DNA of 42,805 bases from sequence record OR996328; one strand, written 5' to 3'. The position numbers and the translations under genes were made by a program. The stretch comes from Escherichia phage Shy. The number at the start of each line of letters is the position of its first letter. Positions within the stretch are counted from its first letter, which is position 1. The notes beneath the pieces were generated by a model. It was given only the letters and a program-made list of their open reading frames with translations, was not told where the DNA came from and ran no database searches. Positions 34,912 to 41,032 of this stretch are shown piece after piece.

Positions 34912-35152
34912 GTATAAGGGGGCTAAGGCCGCGTATAAGCCCTAACCCCCTGATTTCATTGATGTTATAAGGGTATAAGGGTTATAAGGCGATAAACCTT
35001 CACTTCCCCTTCTATCCCCCAAACCGTCGGATTGGTTATCGGATTCCATACATTCACTAAAATAGGTACTATCCTTATACTCTTTATACTTTTTATATCT
35101 TCAATAAATACAAGGACTTAGGGCTAATCGGAACCCTTAAATTCGTATAAGG
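34912..35152. repeat. iteron cluster (GTATAAGG) plus AT-rich tract; candidate replication origin
   Basis: Exact GTATAAGG occurs at 34912, 34973 and 35145, and inverted at 35073-35080. 7/8 copies lie at 34933, 34965, 34982 and 35082 (inverted). Three copies abut at 34964-34989. 35051-35115 is roughly 75 percent A+T by eye. Confidence 0.6.
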
Positions 35153-35273
35153 CTGGGGCCAAGGGGCAAACGACGAACCGATTTGCTATCCGATGAAAAA
35201 TCCGGTTGACAGTCCGACGGAATGCGGCGATACTGTCGCAACAGTCGCCGGATACAGCGAAGGAGTTATCGAA

Positions 35274-35474
35274 ATGGCGAAGAAAGCGAAACAGTATTTC
35301 AGCTTGTTGACCAAGACCGACGGCGTTTGGTCGGTTCAGTTTGGCGACTACGACCGCGAATGCGTCGAACAGGAACGCGACGATTCGTATTCCGACGAAA
35401 AGTGCCGCATCATCAAGACCGACGACACGCAAGCCGCTATCGACGCCGCTGTCGCCAAACTTAACGCGGTCTAA
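35274..35474 (+). CDS. hypothetical protein (66 aa)
   Basis: Start moved to the ATG at 35274 behind the SD GAAGGAG. The sequence MAKKAKQYFSLLTKTDGVWSVQFGDYDRECV... gives no functional call. Confidence 0.5.
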   Translation: MAKKAKQYFSLLTKTDGVWSVQFGDYDRECVEQERDDSYSDEKCRIIKTDDTQAAIDAAVAKLNAV

Positions 35475-35482
35475 TGTGGGCA
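35475..35482 (+). repeat. TGTGGGCA motif copy
   Basis: ctaaTGTGGGCAta, intergenic, starting 1 nt after the stop at 35474. Confidence 0.9.
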
Positions 35483-35495
35483 TAAGGGGGCCGCT

Positions 35496-35738
35496 ATGGC
35501 TTTCAGTAATCAAAGCATCGTCGCACCAGTGAAAGGCAAACCGCATATCGTATTGCGTGCCGGATTCTGGCGCGTTTCGCCAATGCCGAAGCCGTATCAT
35601 CGGTATAATATGTTGTGGAACTTGGCGCATCTTCGCGCCCGGTTGCTTAACGTAAAACGCCCGTTCGCGGGCAATAACTGGAACTTGGTAGCGGTTGACG
35701 AAATGACCGAATACCAAGCCAAAACCAAAGGAGAATAG
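35496..35738 (+). CDS. hypothetical protein (80 aa)
   Basis: SD AAGGGGG upstream. Basic and Trp-rich. It overlaps a longer antisense ORF that I reject. Confidence 0.5.
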   Translation: MAFSNQSIVAPVKGKPHIVLRAGFWRVSPMPKPYHRYNMLWNLAHLRARLLNVKRPFAGNNWNLVAVDEMTEYQAKTKGE

Positions 35739-35741
35739 ATA

Positions 35742-35993
35742 ATGTCACGTTCGCGCAACAGGCTTGCAGTCGGCAAGCTGGAACACTTCGCCGCATGGTG
35801 CGAAAAACAGGGTTGGAAGCGTCACCAGTGCAAGGGCGCTTACGAAGTCCTTAGAATGCGTCACGAAGTCGAAAACGATACGCTTATCGTCTATCGCCGC
35901 GACAGCACGAACGCGGGCGGCGAATTGGTACACCTTACGTTGTTCGGTATCGCCGAACGCACCTTCAACCGCTATATAAAGGCGACCCGCTAA
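35742..35993 (+). CDS. hypothetical protein (83 aa)
   Basis: SD AAAGGAGAA upstream, tightly spaced after the previous ORF. Confidence 0.55.
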   Translation: MSRSRNRLAVGKLEHFAAWCEKQGWKRHQCKGAYEVLRMRHEVENDTLIVYRRDSTNAGGELVHLTLFGIAERTFNRYIKATR

Positions 35994-36172
35994 TGCCAAT
36001 CATCCCGCCCCACTTCGACGCCGCAACGCTGGCGCTTGCAATGTCGCTTGTTCGCGTTGTCGGCTTCGTCGTCGGCATGGTGTTCGTAACCAAGGCGATT
36101 AAGGCCCGCAAGGCTGGTCGCAACGCCGACGCAATTTGGTACATGCTTTGCGCAATTATTTTCGTCGCATAG
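35993..36172 (+). CDS. small membrane protein (59 aa), absent from the ORF track
   Basis: TAATG-coupled to the upstream gene. MPIIPPHFDAATLALAMSLVRVVGFVVGMVFVTKAIKARKAGRNADAIWYMLCAIIFVA has two hydrophobic segments. It is below the 60-aa track cutoff. Confidence 0.45.
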   Translation: MPIIPPHFDAATLALAMSLVRVVGFVVGMVFVTKAIKARKAGRNADAIWYMLCAIIFVA

Positions 36173-36173
36173 C

Positions 36174-36202
36174 TTGCGTTATCGGTTTAGTTGTCGCATA
36201 AT
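36174..36202 (+). promoter_or_regulatory. sigma70-like promoter
   Basis: TTGCGT (36174-36179), 17 nt spacer, CATAAT (36197-36202). It is followed by the leader hairpin GTCGGGGA/TCCCCGAC at 36212-36230. Confidence 0.5.
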
Positions 36203-36252
36203 CTAATCGTGGTCGGGGATGTTCCCCGACCCGAACCCAAGGAGTTTTAACT

Positions 36253-36735
36253 ATGTGTATCGTTTGCGAAATCCGTAACAAACTGGCTATCGAAGTGCGC
36301 GACCCCGAAGCTATCGGCTTCGTTATGCAGCGCGTCGAATTGATGGCCCGCATTCTTCACAACGTAACCGAACTTGGCAAGCAATACGCCGAAACCGGCC
36401 CCGGCATCGACAAGCGCGTTTTCCTTGATACCGCTGTCATTGCTTCGGCTTGCCTGTCGGATAGCGTAGAAGCGACCGAACATCGTAACGCCGAAATGGC
36501 CGCGCATTCGGGCAAGGACGAAGCCGAAGCCCTGTTCGACCTTATCGGGGCGCTTATCGGCTTGAAGCGTCGCAACGACGCCGAACCCGAAGGCAACCCC
36601 GGATTGCCGCCCGAAGTATGGGCCGCTATGCCCGCCGAATTGCGCGAAATGATGAAAGGCGCAAAGGTCGTGCATATCGACAGCGAATCCGACTTGTTCG
36701 AAGCGTTGACGGGCCGTAAGCCGACGAAACACTAA
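36253..36735 (+). CDS. hypothetical acidic protein (160 aa), monocistronic cassette
   Basis: Its SD context CAAGGAGTTTT (36238-36248) is identical to that of the 40270 gene. It is flanked by its own promoter and terminator. Confidence 0.65.
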   Translation: MCIVCEIRNKLAIEVRDPEAIGFVMQRVELMARILHNVTELGKQYAETGPGIDKRVFLDTAVIASACLSDSVEATEHRNAEMAAHSGKDEAEALFDLIGALIGLKRRNDAEPEGNPGLPPEVWAAMPAELREMMKGAKVVHIDSESDLFEALTGRKPTKH

Positions 36736-36745
36736 CCGCAACACG

Positions 36746-36775
36746 AAGGCCGGGACAAGTTCCCGGCTTTCTGCT
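36746..36775 (+). terminator. rho-independent terminator
   Basis: GCCGGGA (36749-36755), CAAGT loop, TCCCGGC (36761-36767), then TTTCTGCTATT. The stem is extendable by A-T/G-U pairs. Confidence 0.65.
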
Positions 36776-36805
36776 ATTCTGTATTGGCTAACCAATGGGG
36801 GTAAC

Positions 36806-36997
36806 ATGGCCGACGAAGTGGATATGACCGACGCAAGAACCGAAATCGAAACGGCCGACGCAATCGCAGCGATTAGCGCGAAGGCGAAGGCAATACCGGC
36901 CGGGGTTCCCGGCGAATGCGACTTGTGCGGCGAATGGTCGGGCCGCCTTGTCAACGGCGCTTGCGCACCTTGCCGCGACCGCCACAATCTACCGTAA
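36806..36997 (+). CDS. small C4 zinc-ribbon protein (TraR/DksA-like?)
   Basis: 63 aa with CDLC...(11 aa)...CAPC. The spacing is shorter than the classical TraR C-x2-C-x17-C-x2-C, so family assignment is tentative. Confidence 0.5.
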   Translation: MADEVDMTDARTEIETADAIAAISAKAKAIPAGVPGECDLCGEWSGRLVNGACAPCRDRHNLP

Positions 36998-37007
36998 GGG
37001 GCACCGC

Positions 37008-37607
37008 ATGAAACGCACGCATCTTCTGTACGACCCTTCGGTCGGCGTATATCTGGCCGCAACAGTGGCCGAATTGAAAGCCGATGCCGATTGGCAAGAC
37101 GTAACCAACGACGAACGCCACACGCGGGCCGCCGTCTTCCAAGGCGAATGGATTGGTTCGAACCCGCTTCCCCGTGACTTGTGCATACAGAAGTCGGAAC
37201 ATGGCGAACAAGCCGCGTTGTTCTGTTGGGCCGCCGCAATGGCGAATATCGGCCTTGCGCCCGACCTGTCGAAAATGTACGCAATCCCGAACGGCGGTAA
37301 GCGTGACGCACGAACGGCCGCTATGCTGAAAGGCGAAGGCGTGCGCGTTGGCGTTCCCGACGTATGCTTGCCGAAACCTGTTGTCGCAATGGGTTACATG
37401 CAACGCCTTTTCGGCGATAGCGAACCGAAACACGAAATGTTGTGCGGTCTGTATATCGAAATGAAAAAGGTTAAGGGCGGTTCGCTGTCGGAAGAACAGG
37501 CGAAACGCATTGCCGAACTTCGGGCCGATGGTTACGCCGCTGTTCGCTGCAACGGCTGGCTTGAAGCGCGGGCCGCAATCGTAACCTATTTGGGGTTGGA
37601 ACAATGA
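37008..37607 (+). CDS. VRR-NUC domain nuclease
   Basis: Start moved to the ATG at 37008. GVPDVCLP...GLYIEMKKVKGGSLSEEQAKRIAELRADGYAAVRCNG matches the D...E.K core and C-terminal helix typical of VRR-NUC. Confidence 0.7.
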   Translation: MKRTHLLYDPSVGVYLAATVAELKADADWQDVTNDERHTRAAVFQGEWIGSNPLPRDLCIQKSEHGEQAALFCWAAAMANIGLAPDLSKMYAIPNGGKRDARTAAMLKGEGVRVGVPDVCLPKPVVAMGYMQRLFGDSEPKHEMLCGLYIEMKKVKGGSLSEEQAKRIAELRADGYAAVRCNGWLEARAAIVTYLGLEQ

Positions 37608-37810
37608 CGGTACAACGGCATAACGACCGCATCGCGAAAAACGGGTCGCATCTTGAATCGGCTAAAACGCTGAAACAAGCCCTTGACAACCTGAAAGCGG
37701 CCGGTTTAAAATCGGAACAGTTGGACGAACGCACCCATTCCATTTACGGTTGGACGTTCGGCAACGACGATAAGGGTTATTACTTTTATCGGAACTACAA
37801 CCAAGCATAG
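37604..37810 (+). CDS. hypothetical protein (68 aa)
   Basis: ATGA-coupled to the VRR-NUC gene. Confidence 0.5.
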   Translation: MTVQRHNDRIAKNGSHLESAKTLKQALDNLKAAGLKSEQLDERTHSIYGWTFGNDDKGYYFYRNYNQA

Positions 37811-37819
37811 GGGTTCAAA

Positions 37820-37987
37820 ATGAACATTCACGCCGAACGCATCGCCGACCAGAACTTGCGCACCTTTTCAGTGCCGCCGCGCAACCGCAAAGGCCCGTCG
37901 ATTGTCGAAACCGTTATCGCAATGGTTATCGGCTTCGGGGGTGTTGCATTCGTCGTTGCGTCGGCGTATAATCTGTTCATCGGATAA
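37820..37987 (+). CDS. small membrane protein (55 aa), absent from the ORF track
   Basis: MNIHAERIADQNLRTFSVPPRNRKGPSIVETVIAMVIGFGGVAFVVASAYNLFIG has one C-terminal TM segment. An AGGGG SD lies ~7 nt upstream. Confidence 0.4.
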   Translation: MNIHAERIADQNLRTFSVPPRNRKGPSIVETVIAMVIGFGGVAFVVASAYNLFIG

Positions 37988-38006
37988 CGAAACAGGAACC
38001 GCAATC

Positions 38007-38309
38007 ATGCCAGCATACGACGTAACCACTTCTTTCGAAATGACCGACGGCCGCATTCTTGAATGCACTTACGTTCTGTCGGTCACTCCCGCCCGTCTTT
38101 GGGGTGCGCCGGAAAACTGCTACCCGGAAGAATCCGAAGCATCGGAAGGCGTGTTTACCATTGACGGCGAAGAAGTCGATTACGACAACTTGCCGAAAGG
38201 GCTGGCGGCCATCGCGGATAAACTGGAACAGGCCGGGCCGGGCGAATTCGGATACAACGAATCGTTACGCGAACCGGATTACGAACCGGACTTTTACGAT
38301 TATGATTAA
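38007..38309 (+). CDS. highly acidic small protein (100 aa)
   Basis: Start moved to the ATG at 38007. 24 D/E against 5 K/R by hand count. The C-terminus is REPDYEPDFYDYD. Confidence 0.55.
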   Translation: MPAYDVTTSFEMTDGRILECTYVLSVTPARLWGAPENCYPEESEASEGVFTIDGEEVDYDNLPKGLAAIADKLEQAGPGEFGYNESLREPDYEPDFYDYD

Positions 38310-38529
38310 CTGTTTGCGATGCGAACTCATAAGGGCCAAGGCGAAAGCTACGGCCCTTTTGGCGTTGAAATGGACGCCGCAAGAAATCGCCGCGAAGCTG
38401 TCGGCCGACTATGGCGAAAGCTATTACGTCGGAATTGAAGCGAACGGCGAATGTTGGTGCAAGGGCATATTTCGGGCGTCCAAGCTGTCGCCTTATACGC
38501 CGCATCTTATTAAGGAGTTGACGAAATGA
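38302..38529 (+). CDS. hypothetical protein (75 aa)
   Basis: Start moved to the ATG at 38302, which overlaps the upstream stop (ATGATTAA). The track extension upstream lies inside the previous gene. Confidence 0.5.
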   Translation: MINCLRCELIRAKAKATALLALKWTPQEIAAKLSADYGESYYVGIEANGECWCKGIFRASKLSPYTPHLIKELTK

Positions 38530-38933
38530 ACAAGCAAGAATCGGCCGCACTGTTCGCCGCTATCAAGGAAAACCGCCGCAAGCTGGACGCGTGCCCGCGC
38601 CATCTGTTCGACGTTGGCCCGCCGCCGTATCAGTTAGGCCAAAAGGTAACTTGCGCAATCTGCGACGGTTACATGCCGGTTACGGACGCCGCACAATACG
38701 CACGCGGCTACATGGCCGCAGGTGGCAACCCGGACGACGTAATCAAGAACTTTTACGGGCCGGATTACTCACACGAAGCCGAAGCCGTAACGTGCCCGAA
38801 ATGCAAGGGCGTATGCGGCGTCGAAATCAACCCCGGCGATTGGTTCGATTGCGACTTCTGCGACGCGACCGGCAAGATTGACCGTCACGAAGCGTTGTTG
38901 TATCTGGACAACGAAAAGGAGTCGAAACGATGA
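38526..38933 (+). CDS. Cys-rich protein with DnaJ-like CxxCxG zinc-finger motifs
   Basis: 135 aa with CAICDG, CPKCKGVCG and CDFCDATGK. ATGA-coupled on both sides. Confidence 0.55.
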   Translation: MNKQESAALFAAIKENRRKLDACPRHLFDVGPPPYQLGQKVTCAICDGYMPVTDAAQYARGYMAAGGNPDDVIKNFYGPDYSHEAEAVTCPKCKGVCGVEINPGDWFDCDFCDATGKIDRHEALLYLDNEKESKR

Positions 38934-39391
38934 TTGAACGTCGGTACGAAGACCTTACCGAATGGGAACGGTTCTACCTGTCGTTGGCCCGCACTGTTCG
39001 CACCAAATCGAAAGACCCTTCGACGAAGGTTGGTGCGTTCATTGCACGGCCGGATAACAGCCCGGTATCGTTCGGTTACAACGGCTTTCCGCGTGGCGTG
39101 GCCGATACTGAATCCCGGCTTAACGACCGGGCGCAGAAGTACCCGCGCACCGTACACGCCGAATTGAACGCTATACTAAACAGCCGCGAATCGCTTGTCG
39201 GTTGTACGCTGTTCGTAACGCCGTTGACGCCGTGCCCGGTTTGCGCCGGGGCCATCATTCAAAGCGGCGTTAAACGCGTTGTCGCTGAATATGTGGGCAA
39301 CCGGCTTGCATACGACGAACACTTAGACATTGCCGTTTCGATGTTCAAAGAAGCGGGCGTTAAACTTATCGTAACAAGGGGCGAAGAATGA
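38930..39391 (+). CDS. dCMP (deoxycytidylate) deaminase
   Basis: 153 aa with the zinc-binding signatures VHAELNAI and PCPVCAGAI. Confidence 0.85.
   Translation: MIERRYEDLTEWERFYLSLARTVRTKSKDPSTKVGAFIARPDNSPVSFGYNGFPRGVADTESRLNDRAQKYPRTVHAELNAILNSRESLVGCTLFVTPLTPCPVCAGAIIQSGVKRVVAEYVGNRLAYDEHLDIAVSMFKEAGVKLIVTRGEE
39292..39299 (+). repeat. TGTGGGCA motif copy
   Basis: aataTGTGGGCAac, inside the dCMP deaminase CDS (Y-V-G-N). Confidence 0.9.
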
Positions 39392-39600
39392 ACATTAACG
39401 CAAAGGTTGCCGAACTGAACCGCCGTATCAACGCCGTTAACGAAATGGTTGCCGAAATCGCCGAAGGCGGATACAATGTCGAATATGAAACGATAGACGT
39501 AACGCCTATCGGCCGCACCGAATACCCGGCGTTGCGGGCGGTCGTAACCAAGACCGAAACAATTACCGGTACAGGGGTTGACAATGAAAACGAAAGCTGA
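39388..39600 (+). CDS. hypothetical protein (70 aa)
   Basis: ATGA-coupled to the deaminase gene. Confidence 0.5.
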   Translation: MNINAKVAELNRRINAVNEMVAEIAEGGYNVEYETIDVTPIGRTEYPALRAVVTKTETITGTGVDNENES

Positions 39601-39958
39601 AATACTCGCAACAGATTTCGTAATGATTGCCAGCGAAGCAAGCCCAACCGGGCAAGCGTTCGTAATGGCAATCGAAAACGGGGTCGCAAGTCCTAACCCG
39701 GTTATCGCCGAATGCGCGGTCGCACCGGGTTACTACAACCTGTTGGCCGCTAGTCGCGTCATGTTCGGCGCGTTGAACGACCAAACGGTTTGGTTGCAAA
39801 AGCTGTTGGATATGTTGGACGCGCTAGGCCAGCCGGAAGAATCGGATTTGCGTAAGACGCTGGTATCAATGCAAAACGCGGCCATGCTGGCGCAACAGTG
39901 CGCGACGGACGGACTTAACAACGTCGCAACGACGATACTTCGAACCGGCCTTAAATAA
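39584..39958 (+). CDS. hypothetical protein (124 aa)
   Basis: Start moved from the TTG at 39578 to the ATG at 39584. It overlaps the previous ORF by 17 nt. Confidence 0.5.
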   Translation: MKTKAEILATDFVMIASEASPTGQAFVMAIENGVASPNPVIAECAVAPGYYNLLAASRVMFGALNDQTVWLQKLLDMLDALGQPEESDLRKTLVSMQNAAMLAQQCATDGLNNVATTILRTGLK

Positions 39959-39963
39959 AGGAG

Positions 39964-39971
39964 TGCCCACA
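39964..39971 (-). repeat. TGTGGGCA motif copy (minus strand)
   Basis: The plus strand reads AAGGAGTGCCCACAATG. The motif fills the spacer between the SD and the start codon of the 39972 gene. Confidence 0.9.
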
Positions 39972-40169
39972 ATGACCCGGAAACACGTAGCCTATTGCAT
40001 CGGAATCGCCGCCTTGGTTATACTCGCAGGCGTCGCCGGTAACAGCGATTACGAAGAAGCCAAGCGGGAAGCCGAAGCATATTGCGCTAACGTGCATTCG
40101 GGGTTGTGGCCGGATTACAACGGTACTTATGCCGAATACTGCAAAAATGGCGAATACAACGGAAAATAG
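39972..40169 (+). CDS. small membrane/secreted protein (65 aa)
   Basis: Start moved to the ATG at 39972 (SD AAAGGAG at 39956-39962). It has an N-terminal hydrophobic segment CIGIAALVILAGVAG. Confidence 0.5.
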   Translation: MTRKHVAYCIGIAALVILAGVAGNSDYEEAKREAEAYCANVHSGLWPDYNGTYAEYCKNGEYNGK

Positions 40170-40172
40170 TTG

Positions 40173-40201
40173 TTGACGCGTCGGCTAAGTTACCCTAGAA
40201 T
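40173..40201 (+). promoter_or_regulatory. strong sigma70-like promoter
   Basis: TTGACG (40173-40178), 17 nt spacer, TAGAAT (40196-40201). It is followed by a leader hairpin at 40212-40234 (CCCCG...CGGGG with an inner CGAA/TTCG). Confidence 0.65.
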
Positions 40202-40269
40202 TCAACCCGTACCCCGCCGAATGGTTCGTCGGGGACAACAGTAGAACTTACTTGCAAGGAGTTTTCAAA

Positions 40270-40872
40270 ATGGCTAAACTGAACAAAGCGGCTTCGGAAC
40301 TGCTGGCCGCCATCGTTACCGCAACTACCGGCGACGCCGGTTACGCCTTCGCTTCCGCCAAGGCCGCGAAAGTTCTGGTCGCCGAAGGTCTGGTCGAACA
40401 GAACGAAACCATCACCAACGAAGGGGGCGACTTCGCTACCCGTGCAACCGAAAAGGGCATCGCAGCTATGAACGAACAGAACACCAACCAGAACACCGGC
40501 ACCGAAGGCGCTTCCGCCGCACCGGCCGTCGCATCGAACTTCGCAATCGTCGCCGACGTTGCCATGCCGGGCGCTTCCCGTGGCGGCCGTTCGACCGAAA
40601 CCTACCCGTTCGACAAGCTGGAAAAAGGGCAATCGTTCTTCGTGGCCGCAACCGAAGCCAAGCCGAACCCGGCGAAGTCGCTGGCTTCCACTGTCACCAG
40701 CGCCAACGAACGTTACGCCGAAGAAATCCCCGGCGAAACCCGCACCAACCGCAAAGGCAACGTCGTTCCGGCTACCCGCCAGATTCGCGAATTCGCCGTT
40801 CGCACCGTCGAAGACGGCGCACCGTGGGGCTTCCCCGGCGTCAAGGGCGCGGGCGTGTGGCGTACCCTGTAA
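40270..40872 (+). CDS. hypothetical protein (200 aa), monocistronic and probably highly expressed
   Basis: Start moved to the ATG at 40270 behind CAAGGAGTTTT (40255-40265). It is flanked by its own strong promoter and an 11-bp-stem terminator. No family was recognised. Confidence 0.65.
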   Translation: MAKLNKAASELLAAIVTATTGDAGYAFASAKAAKVLVAEGLVEQNETITNEGGDFATRATEKGIAAMNEQNTNQNTGTEGASAAPAVASNFAIVADVAMPGASRGGRSTETYPFDKLEKGQSFFVAATEAKPNPAKSLASTVTSANERYAEEIPGETRTNRKGNVVPATRQIREFAVRTVEDGAPWGFPGVKGAGVWRTL

Positions 40873-40914
40873 CGCCGCAACCCCGTAGCAACCGGGGCCA
40901 ATGACGGCCCCATT

Positions 40915-40949
40915 AAAGCCCCCGGCATCGCGTCCGGGGGCTTTTCTTT
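40915..40949 (+). terminator. rho-independent terminator
   Basis: AAAGCCCCCGG (40915-40925), 8-nt loop, CCGGGGGCTTT (40934-40944), then TCTTT. Confidence 0.85.
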
Positions 40950-41032
40950 GCGTGTCCGTCAATCTTGCGTTATGCTATCCGACATTGAATGCGTTTAATT
41001 TCGGATAATACGACTTGGAAAGGTGGCGAAAC

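Noticed and set aside
34959-34988. The TATAAG(G) repeats read as a stack of sigma70 -10 elements, for example TTGATG-18-TATAAG.
   Set aside because: Only one copy has a passable -35 partner. The abutting direct copies, the inverted copies and the adjacent AT-rich tract fit iterons better. It is kept as the stated alternative in the origin finding rather than called as a promoter.
35124-35717. 197-aa minus-strand ORF overlapping the first small early genes.
   Set aside because: It runs against the direction of the whole early operon and starts inside the AT-rich non-coding region without an SD. The plus-strand ORFs it overlaps have good SDs (GAAGGAG, AAGGGGG).
40965-41011. Possible promoter for the lysis cassette (TTGCGT at 40965, TTGAAT at 40985, GATAAT/TAATAC at 41004-41011).
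   Set aside because: No -35/-10 pair has acceptable 16-18 nt spacing. TTGCGT has no -10 at the right distance, and TTGAAT lies only 13-15 nt from the -10-like hexamers. It is left uncalled, so the lysis genes may be read through or use a non-sigma70 signal.
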